Origin: Octopus vulgaris
Taxonomy: Eukaryota
Assembly (NCBI GenBank): GCA_951406725.2
Contig: OX597818.1
Coordinates: 43,090,001-43,154,000, forward strand
DNA length: 64,000 nucleotides
Direction: 5' to 3'
The position numbers were made by a program, and so were the translations under genes. The notes beneath the pieces are model-generated. The model made no database searches. It saw nothing but the letters and a program-made list of their open reading frames with translations, and was not told where the DNA came from. Position 1 is the stretch's first letter. Every line of letters begins with the position of its first letter. Positions 26,131 through 39,210 of the stretch are shown piece after piece.

Positions 26131-26334
26131 AAGCTGGCGGAATCGCTACTGTGCTGGAAAAAGTGCTTAGCTGCATTTCTTCCAACTTTACATTGAGTTC
26201 AAATGCTACCAAGGTTGCCTTTTCCTTTCAACCTTTCAGGGTCAGTAAGAAAAGTAGCAGTTGAAAACTGAGATCAATGTAATCTACTTATCCCCTCCCC
26301 TGAAATTGCTGGTTTTGTGCCAAAATTTGAAGCC

Positions 26335-26379
<45 letters not shown>

Positions 26380-26935
26380 GAGTGAGAGAACAGTGCATGC
26401 CATCAAAGTGACACTGGGGTAAAATATACGAAGCCCAGTATACCCATCATGACTACCCGTCTGATAAGGGTACACTAGGCACATGCATCACAACCATATG
26501 TGCATGACATGGTGATCTCATATCAAGATAAACAGCACATGACCTTGCAGGTGGGGCCCAGTTAGAATTTTCTTCAGGTCGAGTAACCCATCCCACTCGA
26601 AAGGTCCCTGAATAAGGGTTGTTTAAGGATGTTGAACGAAACACCCATGTTTCCAGAGGTGAATTATTCAAAACCCAAAGAATCCCTCACAACACACGGC
26701 TATGATGCTCCCCCACTACTTCTGCTCGTGATCAGAGATGCACATATCGTCAGCCATTAAGGGACATGCTCAACTGGTTAAGGTCAAACAACTGACAAGC
26801 AAATCTGTGGTATTGAGCAGAATATTTGCTGTAGCCCATCTTTTATACCAAGACAAAACAATGTACATGATAACACTTCCAATCAGTTAAGATCAGAAGC
26901 CATGAGAGCCACTGCCTGGTACTGCATCAGGGCAT
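26380..26935 (-). mobile_element. About 555-bp non-coding element embedded in (AAT)n, probably a non-autonomous microsatellite-targeted retroposon
   Basis: Higher-GC unique block bounded on both sides by (TAT)n, next to Dong-type elements, with no credible ORF. Confidence 0.5.
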
Positions 26936-26989
26936 TTTATTATTGTTATTATTATTATTCTAATTATTATTATTATTATTATTATTCAG

Positions 26990-28273
26990 TAGTTTTATTT
27001 TTATTTTTATAGCGTGCTTTCACTTCACTACCGAGCGCAGCTCTGTGTGCCTTGGGTATGTGCTGTGATTTGTTGTGATGCTCTGATGGTTATTGTATGG
27101 AAAGTGTTCTGCGTAGGATGTGGGCAGTGCCTAGTAGTGCAATTTTCTGTATGTTATATGTGTTTGTAAGTCCTGGTGTTTTTGTTATGTATTTGTCTGA
27201 ATATTTTTTTATCATGCCTAATGCACCTACTATGATAGGAATTGTTTCTGTTTTCAGATTCCACATTCTAGTTACCTCTATTTCCAGGTCTTTGTATTTT
27301 GAGAGTTTCTCCATTTCTTTTAGAGACACGTTGTCATCTGCCGGTATTGATACATCAATTAAAAAGCATTTTTTTTCTTCATGATCTCTGACAACTATAT
27401 CTGGTCTGTTGGCCTTAATTTCTCTATCTGTGTGTATCGGCATATCCCAGAGTATGGTTGCTTTCTCGTTTTCTGTGACCTTTTCTGGTGTGTGCCTATA
27501 CCATCTTTTTTCTGTTGTTATTCCATAATGTTGGCATAGCTTCCAATGTATGTAGGTTCCAACTCTGTCATGTCTGTGAATATATTCCTTCTTAGCCAGG
27601 ACTGGGCAGCTAGAGATAATATGATTTATTGTTTCTTGTCCATCTCCACATATTCTGCAGTTACTTGTAATATTTCTTTTCATTACATGTTTTTGGTAAT
27701 TTCTGGTGGGGAGGCTTTGGTCTTGTGCTGCAATTAAAAATCCCTCTGTTTCTGCTTTGAGTCCTGAGCTTCTCAACCATTGCTGGGATTTTTCTTTGTC
27801 TATTTCTTTTGCGTTTAGTTTAGTGCAGTATTTACCATGAAGGGGCTTTTCTTGCCATCGTTTTATCATGGTTCGTTGCTGTTCTGTTTTTAGTTTGGAT
27901 TTCATTTGTTTTATAGCTTTTGTTGTTTCTTCATCTTCTTCTTCTTCTTCTTCATGTTTATTAGGTGGTATGATTTCTTGTTTGTATTTGTCAGCTTCCT
28001 TAAATACTGAGAACAGTTTTTTGTTTTGCTCGTGTTTTGCCGCTATCTGGATCAGTTTTCCTTCCTTCTGAAGTAGATATTTTTGCAGTCCTATGGTGGT
28101 TATTTTATAGTAGTTTTCCAGCTGTATAAGGCCTCTACCACCTTCTATACGTTGTATATATAGTCTTTCTATGTCAGATTTTGGGTGATGCATCCTAGAT
28201 CCTGTCATTATTTTTCTTGTTTTCCTATCTATTTTGGACAGTTCATTTCGTGTCCAGTTAAGGATATTGTAGC

Positions 28274-28275
<2 letters not shown>
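26990..28275 (-). mobile_element. 5'-truncated R4/Dong-clade non-LTR retrotransposon in (TAA)n
   Basis: About 395 uninterrupted codons: GGRGL (end of RT), CRIC-x8-H-x4-C zinc knuckle, RHD, RPDIVV...IDV...KLSKYKDL (PD-D/ExK restriction-like endonuclease). Flanked by TAA repeats. Confidence 0.92.
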
Positions 28276-28307
<32 letters not shown>

Positions 28308-31300
28308 CATTATTATTATTATTATTATTATTTTTTGTTGTTGTTGTTTTGCTTTTCACTCGGGAATTTTAATATCTCTTTCTGCCATTATAAATGCTGT
28401 CATTTATAATTTAACTGATTAAATTGTTTACACAAACTATTTGTCAGTTCCAGGTTTCTTTGTTATTTATTTATTTATTTATGGTTATCATGATGTGGAT
28501 TCTTTTGGCTCAAGAAAGCCTCTCTATATTTACATTTCCAATACGAATTTAAATTTATACTTTCTGCTGAATAAACTGTACAAATTAAATTTCATTTTAA
28601 GTACCACACACGTTTATTTCAGTATATATTCAGGCTTGGAATTTATTCAAATATTCTTCCAGTGCATTCTTTATTTTATCTATCATCAATCTTTTTTCGA
28701 CACATTCAATATGTTGCTTCTTTTGCTGTCTATCATATGTTCTTTTTTTTTATTATCTAATTCCTTTCACTTCATTATTTTCGCTGCAAGTTTCTCGTCT
28801 TTCTGCTAAAAGCTCTTCTCTCTTGCATAATCTTCTACTTTTGTCTTATAATTCATTTCTGCTAATGCTCTTCTCTGATATTACACACTTCTTTTAGTTC
28901 TTTCAATAATGTCTTTGTGTACGTCTTTTTATCTTCATTGAATGCTACCATTTCCACTGTTGCCATCACCACGACGACCATCACCGCCATCACTACCCCT
29001 GCCCCACCATTGTCATTAAATTCTATAGCTCTGAGAAGCATTTCTCTTCTTCAACCAGTATTTCAGATTGTTTATTATATAATTATAGTAATCATGGCAT
29101 ACATAGAATGAAACCATGCAGCATATAGCAAAGTAAGAAATAAAACCTTACAGAAGCAAATAAAGTATTTTTTATATTGCATTTATCAAAAGGAATTTAA
29201 CAATTGCACAAAAATGCAGCTCTTTGATAAATTTCTACAAATGTGGAATTGTCCAATTGCAATATCAAACTGTTGGGAGCAATTGAAGAGCATAAAACAT
29301 TATTTGAATATGGCCATTTCACATTCTTCAAATACATACATATACTTATATATATATGTATGCATCCATGTATGTATGTATGTATCTTTGTATGTATATA
29401 TAAAACATACTAAATTTGTGGCAGATCCATTGTAAGCACTGTTCCCTTGGAATATTTGCTTGTCTTTATTATTCCAATATTTGACACTTGGAAGTTTAAA
29501 AAAAAAAAGATTCAAAGTTGGCACTTGATAATTTAAAAGTATTCAGATATTTTGTTCCCATCTTATTGGTCTCCATTGTCATACGTTCACTTAAGTTTAA
29601 CCTCTTTCCTACCCTGAGTTCATAAAAATCTTTAGAAATGTGTTTTATACTCTCTACATTATAAAACTGCATTCATATAATTTATGGGGACATTATGAAG
29701 TCTTGTAGAGGGAAAAAGTAACCCAACACAATGATCATGCTCAGTAATGGTTGAGGAAACTTCTGGAGACCCCTTTTGACAAAAGAAGTGTTTTCATAGC
29801 CTTCCCCACTCAAAAGCGGGTGGGATATTTGTTATACTTTATGAAGAATATTTATATGTTATGGTCCTTTTCTTCTATAAAAGTTTGCAATGAAATGTCG
29901 AAATGTCTCCCTGTTTAGAAACTTGGATATTTCCAGAAGCATATCATCTGTGAAGAAATATAAAAAAATGAAAATGTGTGTGTGTGTGTGTGCATGTGTG
30001 TTGGGGTAGGTGGTTTATAGTGGTGGGACAATATATATATTTTTATGGTCTGAAAACACACAAAAATTTATGTATTAAATTTTACATCTAAGAGCTGTGC
30101 CTGTTCAGTGGAAGATCACATCGCCACCATCACCATTCCTGGCATTATCACCGCTTCTGTCACAATATATTCACTGCTGCTTCTAGCACCACCACCACTG
30201 CTCCTGCTGGTGCCACGACCATCACTACTGCTGCTGCCACCATCAATACCATTGCAACCACCACCACCACCACTGCTACTATTATCAGTTTCATTGCTAG
30301 TGACCATCACTGTTGTTGTTATCACAACCCTACCATGACTACCACTATCTGCATCACCATTATTATCATCAGTCTTGTTGTTATAGATATTATTGCCTTC
30401 ACTGTCATCATTGTCATCATCAACATTACCCAGCTTCCGTAGGTATTTACCATCCTTGTTTGAGACAAGTTTGTTAATTCAAAGATTCTATACAAGTCAC
30501 TGATTCAGTTTGATAAAGATAGTCAAAGAGGCGCAGCAGTGGCTCTGTGGTAAGTAGCTTGCTTACCAACCACATAGTTCCGGGTTCAGTCCCACTGTGT
30601 GGCATCTTGGGCAAGTGTCTTCTACTATAGCCTTGGGCCGACCAATGCCTTGTGAGTGGATTTGGTAGACGGAAACTGAAAGAAGCCTGTCGTATATATG
30701 TATGTGTGTGTATATGTTTGTGTGTCTGTGTTTGTCCCCCCCCAACATCGCTTGAGAACCGATGCTGGTGTGTTTATGTCCCTGTCACTTAACGGTTCAG
30801 CAAAAGAGACCGATAGAATAAGTACTGGGCTTACAAAGAATAAGTCGATTTGCTCGCGGTGCTCCAGCATGGCCGCAGTCAAATGACTGAAACAAGTAAA
30901 AAGAGAAAAAGAGAAAGAGAGTACAATCAGAAAAATAGGAAGTTCAACCCAATTTTATAATTGAGATTTTATTATACTCATTGCCCCCACAGTGCTGCCT
31001 AAATAACACAAAAAATGTGACTTTCACTTGATCTTAACAGTAAAAATGATGTTTGAGAGGTTGTTGTTGTTGATTATCACAGGTCATCTCTGCAAAGAAT
31101 GCCTTAAAGGCAATCCACAAGCTCAGCACCTCAGATAAGTAGATATGAGAAATCTTGTTTGACAGTTTAGGCTAAAACTGTCCTTTGGTCTGTCTCTAAC
31201 TGAGGTCATCCTGTCTTAATTTTAAGAACGTTTGTCCTGAGATGTATTTCTTAAAACATTTAGCTTCTATTTGAAAGACAACTGCAAGTGTATTAGCCAC

Positions 31301-31610
31301 TGCATTAGGTAGATCACATAGCTATATGGAATCCCTTGGAAACGCAATGTTTAATCTTTCATTTTCCCTCCCTTTTCTTAGTTGTTGTAAGTTTACAACC
31401 TTATGTCAATACTTCAGTTTCATATGAAGAGAAAAGAAAATGTTATTGATTAAGTATGATAAATATTGGTTTCAAATTTTGGCACAAAGCCAGCAATTTC
31501 AAGGGAGGGTGAAAGTTAGGTAGTACTTATTTTATCGACCCTGAAAAGGTGCAAGGCAAAGTCTACCTTGGCAGAATTTAAACTCAGATCATAAAGACAA
31601 ACAAAATGTT

Positions 31611-32080
31611 CATTATTTACATTCGATGGATATTTGTCCTCGTCTTGTTTGTTGTTGACACATTTTGGCTGATATACCCTCTAGCCTTTTTCAGGTTTCT
31701 TAGGGAAATTTCAAACCTGGGTTCTCATTCCTAAGGTATTTTTCGATGTTATTATTATTGTTGTCATTGTCGTTGTTGTCGTTATTGTTCAGGTCACTGC
31801 TTGGAATTGAACTCGGAATCTTGGGGTTAGTAGCCCACGCTCTTAACCCCAAGATTCCGAGTTCAATTCCAAGCAGTGATCTGAACAATAACAACAACAA
31901 TAATAATAATAATAACATCGAAAAATACTTTAGGAATGAGAACCCAGGTTTGAAATTTCCCCAAGAAGAAGGCTGGAGGGTTTTTCAGCCGAAACGTGTT
32001 AACAACAAACAAGATGATGACAAATATCTGTCCAGTGTAAACAATGTACATAATTCCTCATCTCTTAAATATAGAACTGT
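31611..32080. mobile_element. Fold-back (head-to-head) insertion of a tRNA-headed SINE with a hammerhead-like tail, 12-bp TSD
   Basis: The two ~220-bp arms are reverse complements around 31830-31842. TSD aaacaaaatgtt at 31599-31610 and 32081-32092. Confidence 0.85.
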
Positions 32081-33522
32081 AAACAAAATGTTGCTAAGCA
32101 TTTAACCTGGCATGCCAATGATTCTGCCAGCTCATTAGTTTCAGATTTTGGCACAAAGCCAGCAGTTTGGAGGGATGAAGTTAAGTCAATTAAATCAACT
32201 CCAGTACTTAACTGGTACTTATTTTATTGACCCTGCAAAAGGATGAAAGGCGGCAAAGTTCACCTCGGTGGTATCTGAACTCAGAACATAAAGACAGATA
32301 AAATGTCGCTAATAATTCTGCCAGCTCTCCACCTTAAATATGATAAATATTGTAATCAATAATTATTAGACTTGTTTAAATGTCAGGTAGTTCTTTATAA
32401 TTTTCAAAGTTATTCTATGAGGTAACTAATTTTGTTTAGATTATACAAAGAGTTGCTCTTTTAATATATAGAAATTATAAAGTCCAAAAGTGTATATTTT
32501 CAGTATTAATTTATTGTGAAAGTGTGGTATTCATCTATATATAAAGCTCTTTATGTTTATTTTTGATAGCTTAAATTTTTAAAAACACTTTTTTACATAT
32601 TTTCTGCTCAATTGAAAATTGGCACACTAATTTACATGCTAAATTATGTTAACTTTACTTTAATATTCAGCATGTTTTGTATCTTCTGGTTCCTACTGAT
32701 AAACCCATACATAAAGATGATAATTACAGTCATAAAATTAATGATATATTTTTTAAAATATATATTTGTTCATCGAGTGTCTGATATTGATTTTTTTTTA
32801 TACTGTATTTATTTTGTGTGAATAGGTGGTTTCTTATGAAACTATCTACTTTACATGGGTGAAAAGTTGTTTTAATGTTTGCATAAGCTCTTCCTTCCTT
32901 TGAAAGACATTATTTCTTATTTTTCTTACATATATCATGTTTACTTCAATATTTCTTTCTATATTATTTGCTGGAGTCTGTACTTTACTCCACATTTTTA
33001 TAGCAGTAGTTCTTGAAGCAACTTACTGTGTTTTCCAGTTAGCACTGTTTTAAGAGCAATTTTGAGCAATTTCTCGTATTCTTTTACTTGTTTCAGTCAT
33101 TTGGCTGTGGCCATGCTGGAGCACCGCCTTGAAGGGTTTTAGTGGACCAAATCAACCCTAGGACTTATTTCTCTTTTGCCGAACTACTAAGTTATGGGGA
33201 TATAAGCTCACCAACACCAGTTGTCAAACAGTAATGAGAGTGGGGGAAAACAAACACAGGCACAAAGACATACACACCTAGACACACATACACACACTGA
33301 CACATAAATATATATGTATGTATATAGATATACATATATATATATGTATGTGTAGATATATATATATCTATATATATATATATATATATATATATAGGAG
33401 TGGTTTAGGAACCAGAGGATATACCTCATGAAACACGTGTTGCCAAGTAATAAAACAGTAGGTATTTAAAATAAAAATTATTTTTATATGGTGAGATGGA
33501 GGGGCCTACTATCTCTAAATTA

Positions 33523-33554
<32 letters not shown>

Positions 33555-34515
33555 ACGTATAATACGCTTCTTTATATATAATAATAGGCTTCTTTCAGTG
33601 TCTATCTACTAAATCCACTCACAAGGCTTTGGTCAATCTGAGGCTACCGTGGAAGATACTTGCCCAAGGTGTCATGCAGTGGGACTGAACCCCAAACTAT
33701 GTGGTTGAGAAGGAATCACACTTATCAACATACCTTTAGAAATTTCTCATCCTACAATAATCTTTAGAATTATGTGATCCACACTTCTTGGTAATGCTCC
33801 ATGATAGTGGCTACTGGAAATGAGGTGTAGAGCCAAGCATGTATGGTGGACTTAGAAAGTTTGGATACCCTGCATTTATTTGCAAAATCCAAGCTATTTT
33901 CAGTTTTACAAAAGATTTTATTCAAATTGCTGATATGGGTGATGCGGTGTATTTTGATTTTGGTGTTTTTGTTCTATCAAAGGTGTATTTACTGTTTATC
34001 TTTTTCTTATATATTTAAAATACAGCCCCTTCAAAAACAGGTTGGTAATTTTTAGAATGTCTTTTATCTATTTCAGTATTCAGCATACTGATTCATGTAC
34101 AAAGTAACTTGATATAAACTTACCATTCTCTGACTCTTCCTTACTTATTTTAATAATAAAGAATAATAAAGTACTTTATAATGCCTCCATTAAGCTGTAA
34201 AATATCTCCAGATGAGGCGGTCTCTACTTATTTATTGGGTCACCAGTTTTTTTATAACCTAATAGAGAGACTAAAATTAATTGTAATATTGGTTTCAAAT
34301 TTAGGCACAAGGCCAGCAATTTCAAGGGAGGGGGTAAGTCGATTACATCAAATCAGCCCCAGTGTTCAACAGGTACTTATTTTATCCACCCCAAAAAGAT
34401 AAAAAGCTAAGTTGACTCCCAGTGGGATTAAAAACTCAGTAAAGATGGATGAAATTTCACTCAGCATCTTACCCAGTGTGCTAACGATTTTGCCAGCTTG
34501 CTACCTTAAAAATTA

Positions 34516-35027
34516 CCGTAAATCCTTGAGTATAGTCTGCCCTTGAGTATAATACACAGGGGATTTTTAGGGGGCTGTACTTCTGAAAAACCTAAACCTT
34601 GTGTATAATACACACCCCTTCTCTAACTTGAGTCAAGGAGGTCTATATAACATCCTTGGTTTGTAAAAATGTATACGGTAACGTCCTTTATTATTATTGT
34701 ACATATAACATAATGCAAACGTGTAGCTTTTTTGTGCATTTTGTTTGCAGAAAATAAAGAAATAACAGTAATAACATTTAATAAATGTTGCTTACTGCAA
34801 GTTATGGATGATTCTTTTATGACTTCATTGCTTTCAGGCTTAGCTTAAGGTATTTTCGTGCCCGACATCACAAAATGCATCTGAATAAACATTACCGGAC
34901 AGCAAATAGAGACTCGGACATTGATTAGAAAATGTTTTTCATTTTTAACCTCATGTATAGTACACACTAGGGATTTTGACCTTTAGATTTTGGGGAAAAA
35001 ATGCAGATTATACTCGAGGATTTACAG
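34516..35027. mobile_element. Second copy of the CCGTA-TIR MITE family, opposite orientation
   Basis: Same TIRs with TA on both flanks. Both arms align to 1151-1671, but the central ~100 bp differs. Confidence 0.75.
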
Positions 35028-36561
35028 TAATTACATCGGACAACAAAATGTCACTGCTTTCTTTTTGTAACCAAATACCTCTGCATTCAGTGATTGTTAT
35101 AGAATAGGAGTTAGTTCCTCAGCACACTGGTCTACCACAATGTCTTCTGTCTTTGATTTTAGCAAGAAGGACATAGATGTTACAACTTCCATTCCCTTTC
35201 TTTGTATAATACACTATCTAGAGAACAAATTCATTCCTAAGAAAGTTTAATATAATCGTAGAAAACTATACCCAAAAAAAGAACAGACATTACTTAAAGT
35301 GAGAAACATACTTGTTTGAAAAAGCGAATATAAACCAGAAAAAGAACCATTTTGATCATTAAAAAAAAGAAATGACGATTAAGTAAATACTGCCCTGTTT
35401 TATTTTAGATCATAATAAATGAGTATAAATGGAATTGTTTGATTACTTCCAGTTTAAACTAACCAGAACATGTGTCAAACATGGTCAATCAATCAATACA
35501 TTATAGCTTGTACATGTTAGCTAATATATACCCTGTATCTTGTTAAGACCAAACTTCTCAGTTTACAACAGAAATTGGTCTGTTTTTACAATGATGCACC
35601 ACATCTGGAGATTAATTATTTTGTAATTGCCTTTCTTCCTATTTTTATATTCATCATTGTTACAAACTGCATGGTATGTTACATTTCTCATTGCATTGGT
35701 GCATTGGTAACTGATGTCAGGAATCAAAATTAGTCTGAAATACATTTAAAAAAAAATATTCTAATACTTAATAACAAATTAATGCCTAAATATTTGAGAT
35801 GAGAATTTATGTGCATATAGCACACACACACATATGCACAGAAATGCATGCTACACACACACACACACAAAAGGATTGAACTTAAACTGTCTTACTGTTA
35901 CTTGCTAAGTACAAATACTTCTTTTCTTGGCAATATTCTATTTAATTATTTACAGATCTTGAATTCAATTTCTAATTTCATTTAAAACTAATTTACCGAT
36001 TACATTCATTAAATTATCTTGAGATATAATTAGAAACAAAATGCATTTCTGAACCTATGGGTTCAGAAATACAGATTTTTACTTCTAGATTTCCAGTCAA
36101 ACTGTTTTTAATTACTAAACTACCCACTGGTCAGAATACATTTATTTCTGAATACTGAAAATGTAATTTATTTCTAAATATATTTTATTGTTAATTATCT
36201 GTTAGTAATGAAAATGCTAAAATCAATTTAGGGAAAAAAAAAAAAAAAGAATTGATAGCTATTTCTAATTTTTGGATTTTTCCTAAGGTTTCATCTGTTG
36301 AAAAATATTTTATTACTGAAAAAATGAAATTAGTGAAAATAATATAAGCAAGTCCAACAAAATAATTAAATGTCTTCAAAGTAATTTAATCATAAAAGCA
36401 TAAAAAACTATGGTTCTAAAATTAAATCTAATTTGCAGCTATTAATGATTATAATTTTCAGAAATTATTCACTGGAATATTTTCCCTTCTTTCTTCATTC
36501 CACTTATTGATTATATTTATTATTTTATTAACATATTCCTAAGCTAAATTAACAAATCAGC

Positions 36562-36611
<50 letters not shown>

Positions 36612-39119
36612 GATATATTTCACCACAGTTAAAGCATATATATATATATATATTTATATGCTTTGACTGTGGTGAAATATATCCCAAAATCTTGCTTACT
36701 GAGCACATAATTAAATGTACAAAGCTATCTGTAGAAAAAAAGCAAAAAGCAAAGCAGCAGTTCATTCATATCTCTCTCTCCTCCTGCATTGTTCTTTGTT
36801 GGCAAAGACACTTAAGTCTTAATAGCTCAGTCTTTTAAGTTGTAAATATATACAACAAAAGATGAAAACTATACTGATGGAAGCAGACTGGAAACTACAT
36901 AACCGACAAGTTTTGCTAGTTTACATTGCTGAGCTCAAGTCCTCACATGAATGTAGAAAAGAGAATGAGGAAACCACTCAAGAATATTCTACATTGAATC
37001 GATGATATCTAAACAATCTGATAAATTGCAAAACTTTTTTTTTTTCACCTCAAGTTATTTCCTACATCTACTAAAATGAAACATTGACAGTTTATTGCTT
37101 ATCACAAATGGTTTTAACTACTAAAAATCAGTTACATTTTCAACATTGTATTGTATTGTTAATATAATTTATCATATCCATCGTTTATTTAGTTTTTATT
37201 TTTCTATTTTCAATCATTATTTGAATTCATCTCTAAGTGTTTTCGAAATTTTATATTTTTGCTTTATAAAAGCTCTGCATAGATTATATTTACTTTGACT
37301 GAAATCCTCTTTTGAATTTGTTTAACATTAGTTTTTCTTTTTCTTTTTTGTTTTTCCATAATTCCATAGGCATTGTTAAATGTCTATCAGTTCTCTTCGT
37401 CTGATATTGTTAACACATGAAATAACATTCATTTAGCACCAATTTTAATCTGCATGTATTCACTTATAATGCCTGGACATACTCTGCTGCCCTACATTTG
37501 TATGTATATCCTTAACTGCAACTTCAGCAGCTGCACACAATCTCTGTAAGAAGATGAATGGGGTGGGGTGTGGGGTGGGGGTGGGGAGACACAAATCATA
37601 GAATTGCAAATATGGAATTATCTTCAAATAACAGACAGGAAAAAGGGAAAAAAGCGGGGGTGGGAAAGATGAAACAATCTATTACACAGCGGAGAATGAA
37701 GGAACAGTAATAATAAACAATAAAACAACAGCACTTTGATGGAATAAGATATTTTCCTGAAGGAAAATATATGAACAGCAATAAGGTTTCATGCATAAAA
37801 AAAAATAAAAATAAACAAAACACACACACAAAACAAAACAAAGGGGTATGAAATAAATGAATCAAAGTAAATCACTGACAAAGCATAATCTCCTTTTTTT
37901 TCTTTTTCTTTTCTTTTTCTTTTTTTTTTTTTGACATTCGGTGAAAAGGGTTGATATGTTTGGCTTAAGTAACTCAGAATAGAAACCTCAGGGTGCATTG
38001 GCTTTCTGATTAAAAATAGCAAAAAGATTAAGCCATATTGTTCTGGCAAGTATAATAACTTATCCAGGATACCTGATATTGGCAGGGTTCATTGTTTTTA
38101 ATAAACTAGAATTATGGTATTTGCCATATTGCATTATAGCTTGCTGTCTAAATTTATTTTACTCATATTTTAATTTAATATTTTCTTTTTTTGTTGTTGA
38201 AGAAAGATGACAAGTTAAATGTATGAAAAGAAGGATATCATAATTAGACTCCCCCTTTTTCATGCGTCTTTCCCTGCTTTTTCTCCCTCTCATATTATGT
38301 AGTTAAGCATTTTCAACACACAGAAGGAGACTGACAATGACTTCTATGTAATTTTCACATTGTATTCTTACATTGACTGTCAATAGTTCTAAATTGCCAA
38401 TTGTTCAGTTTATTAAATTGTAAGCTTCTATGAATGAGTTCTCTTGATTTGGTTTTGTATGGGTTGATGCCTAGTGAAGTTATTTGCTAAAATTAATTAA
38501 ATTATACCATTCAGCTCAAATTACATTAGATTAGCTTACAGTTTACAACTTTCCCCAATATTAATAAATTCTATTTAGAATGCTATTCCATCACCAATAT
38601 AGACATGTTTGTGAGATTTCCTATTCAAACCATTTCTCTTTAAGTGCTGTTTCTTTTATGAGTAACTGACAATGCTGGCTTTTTTAAAAACTTTTTTCTA
38701 TATATATACATATATGTATATATATATTTTTTCTTTCTGCTTCATAACTCATTATTAATGCAGTCCCATGCCCAGTAAACTTTATGAATGAATGGTGGAT
38801 GAGAGTGGCGAAATAGATATGGTTAAAAGGGATACTCTAGCTATGCTGCTATAAGCTGATGGCAAGAACTAAGAGAAAGTGCTTGTCCTTAGTGTGTCAG
38901 GGAAATCTGGTGTTTTGTGTGAGGTGTCCCAAATCTATGTGGTTGTTCCCATTACTGAGATATTTTCTTGTTGTTTTGTTCTTTGTTGTTATTTATTGTA
39001 ATTTATTTTTATTATTGTTATTGAGAATTTTGCTCTGTCATGTAAATCCCCCACTGTTCTATGTATTATGTGTAATGTCCCTTACTTCAAAGGCCCTAGT
39101 GATCAGTATAAGAAATCCA

Positions 39120-39149
39120 TTATTATTATTATTATTATTATTATTGTTA

Positions 39150-39208
<59 letters not shown>
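39120..39208. repeat. (ATT)n microsatellite (representative)
   Basis: Read directly from the sequence. Confidence 0.95.

Positions 39209-39210
<2 letters not shown>

Noticed and set aside
27090-28310. 406-aa ORF as a host gene
   Set aside because: It is the 3' half of a Dong/R4 retrotransposon. The apparent MIIII start is (TAA)n read-in.
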